A DNA stretch of 64,000 bases from positions 5,952,001 to 6,016,000 of the forward strand of contig CM120641.1 of assembly GCA_051362555.1 (NCBI GenBank), given 5' to 3'. Source of the stretch: Lingula anatina (Eukaryota; Animalia; Brachiopoda). Made by a program: the position numbers and the translations under genes. Below are positions 51,301 through 64,000 of this stretch, one piece after another (the stretch's first letter is position 1; every line of letters begins with the position of its first letter). The notes beneath the pieces are model-generated. The model was not told where the DNA came from. It made no database searches and saw only the letters and a list, made by a program, of their open reading frames with translations.

Positions 51301-54300
51301 CACATCTTAAAATGTATGTTCACAGGCATCTATCTAATTTGAAAAACAAGTTCACATTTAAAGTATTTTCAAAAACTGAAACAACAGGGCAATTTAAACA
51401 TTGTTAGTTGCAAATAATTTGTTCAGTCATAAATTGCTATAACACTATTATCCTCTGATTGATCAATTTTCAAAAATTATGGGGAGGAAGATCAATTTTT
51501 CTTCAATCAGCTATTTATTGTCTCATCTTGGGATTCTACTAACTTTGTTATGACTACCTAGATGTACAAGTTACAAGATGAACAATGAGCCACATTTTAA
51601 AAAGTATTGCACTCCCCCTCCCCTCTCCCCAGCCAAAAAAAAAAACTATGGCGTTCAGAAAAAGAAGGACAGGCACTCCTGTTAAATTGTAGTTGACAGT
51701 TAGCAATATATACTTTTAAGAACATGTGCAATCTGATAAGTTTCATCTAAGAATAAGACTTTTTTTCTCTTTTACACACCTTTTAAAAAAGCAATTAACA
51801 AAAAAAAATCTTGATTGTATACACTGATATGATAGAAAACCATATCAAATAAATTTACAGTAGCAAACTCATTACTTTGTTTTCAATTGCTTTAATATAT
51901 ATCAAAATTTCACATAAAAACCACTGTAGCTGTAATCTGTAGCACATCCATTATTGCTTCCCAAACCTTGGTAATTTAACCAACTATTGATGCCTGAAGG
52001 TCAGCAGGGTACATTTAAAAGACTTCTGTCGGTGATTTACTATCAATGTATTGAAATGCTAGATGTATTGCACATTATTAAGTTTACACAAAGACATGAA
52101 ACCTGTACATCAACAGACCTCAGCTTTTTTCCAGCCATCGCAATAATTTGTTTGTCCTTTATAAATTGGTAATCTGAGTTTTCCAAAAACCCTCTGTGTC
52201 GATTTTTAAAAGCAAGCTGTGAATATAAATTTGAGCTTTTAAGTGATGCCTTTGGTTGGGTATCAGTTTTTAACCTCTCACCCCTTAGTGGATAGCCTTA
52301 CAAAACTGCCTTTTTTCATTGCAATTTAGATAAGTATCCTGTGAGAGTAGGCAGAATGTTGCCAGAAAACATGGTCCGTAAATACAGCTAGAAGGTCAAG
52401 GCATTACTCTACAAGCAATTTTGCCAATCAAATACAGTGATTTGAAGGATGAGACAAAATAAATAAATAAAGGTTGTGGCATTTTAATTATGTCACAGAA
52501 TAATTATTTGGTTTGACTGGAAGCAAATGGAATGGTAAGTGTTTTCATGCAACAATCCTGACTGTAATAAATACAAGTATTTCATAGATGATGCAACTAT
52601 AAAGCACAGCTTATAATAATCATAATATCAGGCACCATGTCTACTTAACCACTAAAAGTTCATTTAGGTTAAATGTACAACAAATATGGAAATCAAAATT
52701 ATGACATGGTTGCTATCCCTTGAAAAAAATGGATCAATATTTTACAGTCGAACTATGAAGTTATTATCTGACAAAATTGCTTCAATTTGGCATAATCTCC
52801 TTTTCAATCCAGTCCACATTCAGTTTTCTGTTATCTATTTCAGATACATCAGATTTAAATTGAAAACAATTCTACAGCATATTTTTCCTAATGGAAGCCA
52901 GGCCAAAAAAAAAAAAGAAACTAAAAACCAATGCCCTGTATACAGAGTTCTAAAATGAAGATAACAACTTATGAAAAGTACCTACAGTTAGGGCACCATC
53001 ATAATTTTTATTTAATGGAAGGCAGGCAAAATAATAAAACTGAGGCTTCATCCTTAGGGCAGACGTATAAAAATGAATCCATTATCAATGTTCTATATAT
53101 TGAAGTATATGTAGATAATAACTAGGGAAGAGTTGGAAACACACAAGAAAAAAACAGACACGAATAACCTTAACTTCAGATATTTATGGGTCCATCCCAC
53201 CACAGGTGGTGAAGATTCCCAGCTTTGAAACTTATCAATATCACTTTACCTGACACAAGTACAACATAAATCCATGCACTGGATAACCTAACAAATCAAA
53301 TTCATGAGACTTGGATGCGGTTATCTTCTCACTGTTTTTATCTGAAAAGACTACTGTCTTTCTCAATTTTGTTTATCATCTACACCATCAAGACCCCCAA
53401 GAGGAAGGATAAAAGACAAAAGAATTTCAACAAACCCCATAGAAGCTAAACTGAATGCCATTATTCAAGTTGAATTAAAGGACATTGCCTTTTTAATGTT
53501 TTCTAAAATAGAAAATACTGAAATATCAAAGATTGTATGCATTTAAATGGAATGGAGACAATCATACTTAGTTCATACACATTTTTGTAGTTGGGTAAAA
53601 AACTCCTTCATAAGTGGCTCCTTCAGAAAATCTTAACATCCTTCAAGGCCTCAAATAATTTAAGGTTTCTAGCATGTTTTCAACTTTTTAAATAGTTCTT
53701 GGTTATAATTTATTAGTTTTAGAGTAAAAACTCATGGGGAAGGGGAGAAAAGAAAAGTCATGTTATAAACTCTGGTTCTCTACTGCTATAATGCTTACAG
53801 CAACATTGCATTATTTCAAACTTCCGCAAGAACACAAGGGATGTTTCTACTGCAAGCAGCGAAATCATTATCCAGAGGCCTTTTTATGTCTCCTGCAAGC
53901 AGTAAAGGTTATTTACTGCCCAATGATGATCAAAATAAACACAATTTACCTACGTACAAAATCATGGAGATTGAACCATAAAATTCAACGCTACAGGCTT
54001 TGCACTTGCTGTGCAGTGAGCCCAGTTGGGAAAATATTATCTTATACCTAGAGAAAATGCAAGTCTTCTTGCTACAGAATCTGACCTTCGGCTGTGTAAA
54101 CATGGGTTCTCACACACACAGCGATAAAATCATCACTTTCCAGGTGAGGAGAAGGCTCACCTCTACAGTAATTTGTGCCAGCTGACACACGGCCTGGAAG
54201 CCTTTACTCTTAACCCATCCTCAATCATTCTCAATTAGGTCTTCAGAGAAGACAAAAATCAATAGAGTCAAATTCCTCCCAGACCCAATGGTCTTTCCTT

Positions 54301-57300
54301 AAAATGGACCATGAGATGCAACAAGGTTTACTTGCTTTATCATCCTTTGCCATATTTATGAGATGGTTGCCAATTCTACACTGAGAATCAATATCATGTA
54401 CTATATAGTCCTCCATTTAATTTTTTTTCCTTTTGGTTTCCCCATTATTTTCTGCTTTTTTTTTTAATTTTGAAATACATCAACATTTAACAGGGAAATG
54501 AAAAAAAAGGCTTTTTAATTTTTTGGTATTAATTTAATTCACTATCTTCCTGTTAATAGAAAACTTCACTCACACATCAAAAGTGAAAGCATTTTCCTGC
54601 AGAAGACAATGGGTAAATGCGAAGCACAAAGTCGATAGAAACACTTCCTTTTTCTTTCATAAATCTACTTTTCATCTTCTATTTAACCAATAACACAGCA
54701 TTTCCTATTTCATGGGCACCAACAAAAAAGTGCGTAAGTATATATTTGAAATGAATTTATGTCTCCTCTAGTTTTCAGACCATATTATGACAAAATTGAT
54801 ATTAAACCAAACACCAAAATGATTTCTTTTGTAGTCTTTTCTTTTTAAACAATCTGCAAGCTCACTTCCTGAATCAATTATACAATTTTAATGCTGTACC
54901 TGTCAAGTTACTTTTCAGTACAAACCTTTATAAAAACCTAAACAAAGCAAAGCAAGTGCTCAAGTTTACAAAGAGAAGTAATATTTGTAAGAGCATTATA
55001 GTAAAATAATTGAATATTCTTTGAAATTAGAAGTGTTCACTTTCTCAAATGACAGATTATTCCAGTCTAATTAATTCCAAGTACTTTTAGATCACCTAGA
55101 AACAAACATCAATAATTCTTTTTGTTTTCTGTTTTTATTGATGCAGTGAGATGTCCATTAGTCACCATGCAACAGTAAAACAAAACGCGTTCCCGGTAGA
55201 CCAGAAAAAGATGCTAAGACAAAAACATTCATTCAAGGGTGTATAAGTAAGAGTATGACCATCGACAGCAGATAAGGTATCAATAATTATTTTTAAATGC
55301 AGAGTCAAAAGAAATATAAAGATACATGCAGTACTAACTTAATAACTGCTGCTGTTTTATCTTTCAGTGTAAACAATAAAGCATTTAAATGTTTCCTCTT
55401 GTTAAAATTGAATCATTTGTAAACATTTTTTTCTTTGCAAATTGTTTTTTTCTATTTGCACTTTTAAAAAATCATATATATATGCTGAACCTGCAAAAGA
55501 ATTCTCTGGGAAATTGATCTTCACAGTTAAAATGGGCGGATTCATAATACAAAGACTTTATAGCACACTGGCAGTGTCCAATCAAAACCAATGGCAATTG
55601 GTGCACTTCTACAGTCAAAATAGTCCATTAAAGGCACTTAAGTTTGAAAATGATATCTCTGAGTTAATAGATTTTTTTTTTTTTGCTCAACCAACAAAAA
55701 ATGCATGCACATGTAGTATAAAACATAGAGACAATTCCTACAATGCAAATAAAAATCTATTTTCAATATCAAGTAAAAGGACAAACAGAACATGAGTGAT
55801 GAAGGATTTCACAATGAAGTTACTGAAATATAAAAAGGATATTAATACTTATATTCAAAACAATTACATTGCTGAATAAAAATTGGGATCAACTTCAAAA
55901 CCTTTATCATTTTTTTTCAATCTCTAAGATTTTAACTTTCTTAATCTACAGTGTAAACCCAATAAAACTGGTTTCAAGAAAGATTAAGATAAAAAGCCAC
56001 AGTCTTGAGATATGACAGGGCTAAAAGCATTATCAATACAACAATCATGATTAAGAGAGAGCATGTTGCCAAAGCAATAACCATCAATAATCAGGATGCA
56101 TGTGAAAAAGTAAAAGAAAATATATACCAATTCATACATATTTCATACCATACCATATTTCATACACATAAATCAGTTATGATAGAAATGATTAACAGTG
56201 ACCAGCTGTCTGAATGGTAACTACAAAAATTATGTTTTATTTTGGTGCCAAAGAAACATCTGACTATGAAAATAGGTGAAGGAGACGCTTGGCATGACCT
56301 GGCCAAAAAGGCCCATGTCTACCACAGCAGCCATCGAGGCATTCAAGCGTACCCTCCACCAGCCATTTATCATCTGCTCACTGATGGCTCTATGTTGAAA
56401 AGGAGGCAGGAATTCTGTGTTTCAGAAGCCGAACATGAAAATATCATCCCAGTAATCACGGACTCCGCAGGAATACTAAAAGAAGAAATTGCTTTATTTC
56501 TCCCCTTGGGAAAGTTGTAATGGTATTAATGTTGTTGCCTTCACAGCAAGAAAGGAGAAATAAAGTAAAGGCTAAAACAAATTACGTATAGATGCTAAAA
56601 TAATCATCAAAACATCTGAGAGGTACACCCTAAAAAATTTGTTAATAAAGACCATTTCAAGCAACTCTGGTATATTTGCCCTCACTATTCCAGATGATGT
56701 ATAAGTATAATAACACATGGCAATGGTCAAGGTTGTATACACCTAAGAAAAAATATCTCCAGGCAATGGATATTTTTGATAAACACACCACATAACAACT
56801 GGTAACATTTTGTGGTTGATAAATAATACACCTCTGATCAATTAGATTACTGCATGAAAGTGATACATCATGGGAGTTAATCTGCATTTCTATAGGTCCC
56901 ATAAGTTTCTCTGAGGTACTTCAAATGCATAGAATATTGCTCCAAAACACTCTCTGGCTTAGGATTTGATTCATTCTCTAACTGTACAGTATCAATAATT
57001 GGTCTGGTCATTTGATAAGACAAATTGCTTATCAATCAAATTAAGGACTGCAGGTCAAATCTGAATTACTTTTCTTTTTTAATCACATGTTACTTATGTC
57101 ATGGGACACAAATACCAAATCACTATGTAACTAAAGCGTTCAAATACATTATACAATAAGTTGAAATTCTACATCAAATTGTAAATGTTTGCATGTAATA
57201 TTGTTATTGGTTTATGACAGTTTGCTGTTGATTTTATTTTCACTTTTTATTTCTAGAAAACAACAAAAAAAAAGTTATACGTAACATTTATTACTTTGCC

Positions 57301-57562
57301 AATTCATATTTCCCTAAACAAGATTTAGGTAGAAAAACTGAAAATTTATTCCAAAATTCTGAGAAACAAGTTGTGTACATGTCATAAAGTTGTTTTTTTT
57401 TCCTTTTTTTTTTTTTTTTTTTGTAACTAAAACTGATAAATTTTAAAAGAATATAACATTTCAGTAGACAAGGAGTTCCAAATTTGTGAATTATTACGGT
57501 AAAAAAAACTATTGCTAGATACGTGTCCCATGTGTTCAAAAATTCCCACAAACACAACTCAA

Positions 57563-60500
57563 ACTAGAGGATCAGAGAGGCAATACCGCCTCCGAATATT
57601 GTACCACCAGCTGGAGCAAGCGCATTCGTATAGACCCCCACATACACAAAATAAGGGACACAGCCACCAGTTTTGTGCTTGACAAGCTGTAAAAATGCAA
57701 TCAACAAGAATTTTTAAACTATTGCAAAAAATATATATGGTACAATCAAATTTAAGTTCTTCGTAAGATAGGTCAAGGGTCAATTTCAAGGTCGCAGTAA
57801 ATTGCCAGTATATGACTTCCTATTCAAGTTCAATAGAAACTATGGACCTATCTCTGTCAAGTTTGAAGTTAAAAGAGAAAGAAATTAGCAGAGTTCACTT
57901 CATGATAAAAAGTAGGTCAAAGGTCAATTTCAAGGTCACACTTAGATTGCCAGTATAGGACTTCCTATTCAAATTCAATAGTAACTATGGACCTATCTCT
58001 GCCAGTTTTGGAGATAAAAGGGAAGCAAAATTTGCAAAGTTCAGTTTATGGTGAAAAGTAGGTCAAAGGTCAATTTTAATGTCACATTTATATTGCCAGT
58101 ATATGACTTCCTATTCTAGTTCAATAGTAACTATGGACCTATCTCTGCCAGTTTTGGAGATAAAAGGAAAGCAAAATTTGCAAAGTTCAGTTCATGGTGA
58201 AAAGTAGGTCAAAGGTCAATTTTAAGGTCACATTTAGATTGCCAGTATATGACTTTCTATTCAAGTTCAATAGAAACTATGGACCTATCTCTGCCAGTTT
58301 TGGAGATAAAAGGGAAGCAAAATTTGCAAAGTTCAGTTTATGGTGTAAAGTAGGTCAAAGGTCAATTTTAAGGTCACATTTAGATTGCCAGTATATGACT
58401 TCCTATTCAAGTTCAATAGTAACTACGGACCTATCTCTGCCAGTTTTGGAGATAAAAGGAAAGCAAAATTTGCAAAGTTCAGTTCATGGTGAAAAGTAGG
58501 TCAAAGGTCAATTTTAAGGTCACATTTAGATTGCCAGTATATGACTTCCTATTCAAGTTCAATAGTAACTATGGACCTATCTCTGCCAGTTTTGGAGATA
58601 AAAGGGAAGCAAAATTTGCAAAGTTCAGTTTATGGTGAAAAGTAGGTCAAAGGTCAATTTTAATGTCACATTTATATTGCCAGTATATGACTTCCTATTC
58701 TAGTTCAATAGTAACTATGGACCTATCTCTGCCAGTTTTGGAGATAAAAGGAAAGCAAAATTTGCAAAGTTCAGTTCATGGTGAAAAGTAGGTCAAAGGT
58801 CAATTTTAAGGTCACATATAGATTGCCAGTATATGACTTCCTATTCAAGTTCAATAGTAACTATGGACCTATCTCTGCCAGTTTTGGAGATAAAAGGGAA
58901 GCAAAATTTGCAAAGTTCAGTTTATGGTGAAAAGTAGGTCAAAGGTCAATTTTAAGGTCACATATAGATTGCCAGTATATGACTTCCTATTCAAGTTCAA
59001 TAGTAACTACGGACCTATCTCTGCCAGTTTTGGAGATAAAAGGAAAGCAAAATTTGCAAAGTTCAATTCATGGTGAAAAGTAGGTCGAAGGTCAATTTCA
59101 AGGTCACATTTAGATTGCCAGTATATGACTTTCTATTCAAGTTCAATAGTAACTACGGACCTATCTCAGCCAGTTTTGGAGATAAAAGGAAAGCAAAATT
59201 TGCAAAGTTCAGTTCATGGTGAAAAGTAGGTCAAAGGTCAATTTTAAGGTCACATTTAGATTGCCAGTATATGACTTCCTATTCAAGTTCAATAGTAACT
59301 ATGGACCTATCTCTGCCAGTTTTGGAGATAAAAGGGAAGCAAAATTTGCAAAGTTCAGTTTATGGTGAAAAGTAGGTCAAAGGTCAATTTTAAGGTCACA
59401 GTAAGATTGCCAGTATATGACTTCCTATTCAAGTTCAATAGTAACTATGGACCTATCTCTGCCAGTTTTGGAGATAAAAGGGAAGCAAAATTTGCAAAGT
59501 TCAGTTTATGGTGAAAAGTAGGTCAAAGGTCAATTTTAAGGTCACATATAGATTGCCAGTATATGACTTCCTATTCAAGTTCAATAGTAACTACGGACCT
59601 ATCTCTGCCAGTTTTGGAGATAAAAGGAAAGCAAAATTTGCAAAGTTCAATTCATGGTGAAAAGTAGGTCAAAGGTCAATTTCAAGGTCACATTTAGATT
59701 GCCAGTATATGACTTTCTATTCAAGTTCAATAGTAACTACGGACCTATCTCAGCCAGTTTTGGAGATAAAAGGAAAGCAAAATTTGCAAAGTTCAGTTCA
59801 TGGTGAAAAGTAGGTCAAAGGTCAATTTTAAGGTCACATTTAGATTGCCAGTATATGACTTCCTATTCAAGTTCAATAGTAACTATGGACCTATCTCTGC
59901 CAGTTTTGGAGATAAAAGGAAAGCAAAATTTGCAAAGTTCAGTTCATGGTGAAAAGTAGGTCAAAGGTCAATTTTAAGGTCACATTTAGATTGCCAGTAT
60001 ATGACTTCCTATTCAAGTTCAATAGTAACTATGGACCTATCTCTGCCAGTTTTGGAGATAAAAGGAAAGCAAAATTTGCAAAGTTCAGTTCATGGTGAAA
60101 AGTAGGTCAAAGGTCAATTTTAAGGTCACATTTAGATTGCCAGTATATGACTTCCTATTCAAGTTCAATAGTAACTATGGACCTATCTCTGCCAGTTTTG
60201 GAGATAAAAGGAAAGCAAAATTTGCAAAGTTCAGTTCATGGTGAAAAGTAGGTCAAAGGTCAATTTTAAGGTCACATATAGATTTCCAGTATATGACTTC
60301 CTATTCAAGTTCAATAGTAACTATGGACCTATCTCTGCCAGTTTTGGAGATAAAAGGGAAGCAAAATTTGCAAAGTTCAGTTCATGGTGAAAAGTAGGTC
60401 AAAGGTCAATTTCAAGGTCACAGTAAGATTGCCAGTATATGACTTCCTATTCAACTTCAATAGTAACTATGGACCTATCTCTGCCAGTTTTGGAGATATA

Positions 60501-61488
60501 AGGGACTAAATGTTATAATTTTGGAGTTACCATAATGTGCCTTAAATTTCGTACAGAAAAAATTAATTAAAATAAAGAAAATGTCATTTTGGTCAAAATT
60601 CTTGAAATAGGAGGTGCTCTGAAGTTTCAGAAGTTCAAATTTGATGAAATAATGTCATTTTTGAACACAAGTTGTCTGCTTTGCCAAGCCTTTTGTTTTA
60701 TTTTTCCAGAGTTCAAAATTTATTATCCATTACCGTACTGCACATTTTGCTTTTACCACCAATATGTACTTTTTGATACAGCGTAACTCGAAAACCGTAT
60801 GGAATACAAAAAAACGGAGACCACCTCCAGTGTTGGGCTTTACATGCTCTACAAAATGCAAAAAAGAATGGGTCTCTAGCATTAACGGTTCCCGAATTAG
60901 AGACAGTTTTCAGTTTCGGTATCTTATGGCCGCTACTCCAGTGAAAATGCACCGATTGACCCCAAATTCATGGAGATGAAAGATGACCTGAAGGGTAACA
61001 CTTTCCAATAATATTATTGGTTAAGTCTGTGTAGTGTCTGAATAACAGGGCAAAAAAATTTTTTTTCGTAAAAAATTTCATTTTTTTGAAAATTTTGGCC
61101 CATTTGACCTTGAAGTAAAGGTCAAAGGTCAAATCCAAGGGTATATTTGAAATCTACACATATGACTTTTGGAAAGCCGTCTATAGAAATTTTTCCCATA
61201 ACTCCTTCCGTAGGGTAGATAATTAGCATTTAATTTTGCCATTTTTAGACAAGGGTGCATTGTAATGAGTGCCACACCCAGACCCCAATACCGACAAAGC
61301 CCAAATTTTACGTGGAACGAGTTGAGATTATAGGTGACCTAAATCCATGAGATGGGTACGGGGGCCCTTACCGTCTAGGAGGAGAAGCGGTAACGGTAGC
61401 CGTCCGGCGGAGCCGGCGGAGCCGGCGGAACGATCCGGACGGGACCGAAACCATGTGTACCGCCAGCGCTAACGCTGGTGGTACAATT
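57563..61488 (-). mobile_element. Non-autonomous Helentron/Helitron2-type (HINE/DINE-1-like) element carrying an internal satellite array, about 3.9 kb
   Basis: Perfect 14-bp subterminal inverted repeats ATTGTACCACCAGC (57598-57611) and GCTGGTGGTACAAT (61474-61487). The right copy folds with an adjacent inverted copy (61456-61468, 4-nt loop) and lies next to a (CCGGCGGAG)3 microsatellite (61404-61430). The left end has a small hairpin GAGGC-aatacc-GCCTC (57577-57592) and terminates CTAGT on the minus strand. There are central tandem repeats, T-rich junctions, no TSD and no Rep/Hel ORF. Confidence 0.85.
57770..60503. repeat. 146-bp tandem repeat array, about 18.7 copies
   Basis: Units begin AGGTCAAAGGTCA at 57914, 58060, 58206, 58352 ... 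60396 (exact 146-bp spacing), plus a diverged 144-bp first unit at 57770 and a partial last unit. Internal units differ by only a few substitutions. Confidence 0.98.
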
Positions 61489-64000
61489 AAATATAAGTTA
61501 TATCAGTTTATCAGTGAAGAGCTTCGAACCATTTCAATTAAGATACATAATTGTACATGCCTCTCTGATCAAAATCTACATATATTTTTTTTTTAATCAA
61601 AAAGAAAAAAGTTCCCAGTTAAGTCCTCAACACATGTCAGTCACCAATGGCATGAATAGAGTGGACCCATTTCGTGGAACCAATAAAACACAATTAAGCC
61701 CCACTGGCACACAATGTCTTGTCATACATAATATGGGCCATTACTTGGGGGGTAGTCTGTATCCCCTATTAGATTAAACTCTTAAACTACACTGTCAAAG
61801 AGCATTATCTTTATATCCTAATTAGCCAAGTCACTGGGAGTTGTACATTATATGTATATACAATTCTATTATATAGTTCTGGAACTGTATTTTGCCAAAA
61901 ATGATTAAATAGAATTACTTTCTTGGCACACATATATTCCTAACCACAAAGGGGACAGATTAGGCCTTGAACAATAATTCGTACTCTGAATAAAAACATT
62001 AACTACGTGAATAATATTGTTACGATCCCAGCAGAAAATATTGCCTCATAAACAGAGACAGACAATTATATTATGTCTGAAAAGTTAAAACATTACTCAC
62101 GAGCCAGAAAAAGAAACTTAACTTCAAATGGAAAAGATAACCCTGGGGACCATAGTCTTATTTTTATGTAAAACTACATACACAGGGAGAACAATAAAAA
62201 TATCTGAACAACCCTATCACCTAATATGTACAATAAATGCTTTGAGTTTTAGGGGGACTACCATTTTAGAAGCAACACTGATTTCATGTGCAAGTGATAC
62301 ACAGAAAATTAACAAAAAAAGATTATCATTCATGGATTTTGTTTCTGAAAAATATGCATAATGACACAGTGGGACCACTTTTAGAATTAAAGTTTTATAA
62401 AGTGTTGTTTTGTTTTTCTCTCTCTCACAAAGCATCAAGCAAAACAATTACAACATCACTGTCAGGTAATCTGAAAGGAACACAAAACTGTGACTGTGAA
62501 ATCACATAAAATTAATGGTCCGTCAAAAGGTGAAAAAAAGTTATTCCTGGCATGTTTTCCTTCCTTACTAAGACTTATAAGGGAGTTTATCCAAAAACCA
62601 AAAACAGCTAGCAGCTCTGTTCTCCATGTTTGATGACAATCACTGATGATCCAACAATTAGCTCTATTCACTTTAGGAAAGAGCTTTTTGATGTACATGT
62701 AAAAAACAACCTGATACACCTTGATAAGTCAGAAGCAATGAAGCGGATTAACAAGCTTGATTGCAATCTACCCTGTGATCAAATGTATTGATCTGCGTAT
62801 GACTGTTAGTTTTTTAAAAACAATCTGTTGATATATGTCCTCTACTTGGCCACACATTTTTTAAGCCTCATCTCAGAGATACAATGTAACATACAGAGGC
62901 ATTGTCACAGTAAGTATAGATATAAACATCAGTTGACTACTTCCAAATATCAATTATCGAAAAAAAAAATCACAATGCATATCAACACTGCAAAAACAAA
63001 AGTGATGAACACTGCAGCTGCAAGTAAAAAACCATATTTGTACAGTGTATGTCCGACAAAAGCACGAATTACCTCTGTAGGTGACAACACTTGCTGAGGT
63101 GGGAACATCCTGCACTGGCATGTGTTGACAGCAAAATTGGTGAAATGGCAGGAAAAGAACTCTGCAGGAGGAAACATACTTCAAAACACTTACGATGATG
63201 GCTCCTTTTAAATACTGTGACAGTGCCTCAAAAAGGAAATCACATTTCACATTCTTCTTTGTACGTATCTAGTGCTATTCTCACTGCATTGAAAGTGATC
63301 ATGGTGGCAGGTGACAGCAAAGCATGCAATTTACTACAAAAAATCCATTCCATCCTCCTTTGAAAGTGTAAAAATTCAAAATTTTTCAAAAATTTTATGT
63401 TATTTAACAGTTATTTTTGTGAGAAGTTTGTTTTACTTCAATACATGATTGAAGATAATGAAGTCTAACTTCTACATATAACAGTGCTTCAAATGTAATA
63501 TTATCAATACAGTTAACATGAAGTATTTTGTGTTGCCATTAGGGTAATTCTCTGAGGACAACACTAAATGAGTTTCATTATCAGTTTTCACAAGTTGAGA
63601 ACCTGCAATTTAATGTATAAAACATTAGTTACAATTAGTCCAATTGCAAATTGCATCACAGTATCTAGTAATGGATGAGAAGAGGATAATTTTTCAATTT
63701 GGAGAGCAACAATCAATGAAACACTGCTTCTTTACATCAAAATGTTGTCAAAACAACAAAACTGCTTTTAAAATGATGGTATCAAATAAAAGGAGCTCAG
63801 ATGTGTTGTGCCTTTCAACCAAAAGCTAAAGTATTCAGTCTATAGAAACAGTTATCAATAAATATCAGTATAAATATGAGCTGCGTGCTTAGTTCAAGCA
63901 CAAAGATCATGTCCTGAACAATTTCAACTAATATTTTAAATAAGGCTTTAATTAAAAACAGCTCAAATATACACTTAAGCACAAAAAAGTACTTCTATTC

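Noticed and set aside
54078-54143. Possible 66-nt plus-strand exon with good splice signals (NLTFGCVNMGSHTHSDKIITFQ)
   Set aside because: Isolated, with no compatible partner exons or recognisable peptide. Unsupported without RNA data.
56242-56520. 92-aa ORF in a slightly GC-richer patch
   Set aside because: No convincing splice boundaries or recognisable domain.
57770-60503. Regular repeat array as a CRISPR array or a coding repeat (ORF 58194-58499)
   Set aside because: Units are contiguous with no unique spacers, the context is eukaryotic with no cas genes, and most units contain stops in this frame.

Overview
AT-rich, intron-containing animal genomic DNA, probably an invertebrate; the ORF track is mostly noise because the real genes are spliced. 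I could reconstruct two complete genes lying head-to-head about 4 kb apart. One is a 14-exon FAM234 (ITFG3/KIAA1467)-family type II membrane protein on the minus strand (27583->20050, 905 aa) with a long low-complexity insert. The other is a 2-exon heparan sulfate glucosamine 3-O-sulfotransferase (HS3ST2/3/4/6-like) on the plus strand (31661->40415). A chain of small in-frame minus-strand exons (12066->2048) plus candidate alternative first exons suggests a third gene, which I do not recognise, running off the left edge. Mobile DNA comprises a 3.2-kb non-autonomous CACTA/EnSpm-type element with a nested MITE, a small MITE, a decayed Helentron-like relic, and a 3.9-kb non-autonomous Helentron/Helitron-type element. 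That last element carries about 19 copies of a 146-bp repeat, nearly all with a perfect AGGTCAaAGGTCA (DR1) motif, and shows incipient higher-order structure. No rRNA, tRNA or CRISPR array was seen. All calls were made by eye, without database searches.
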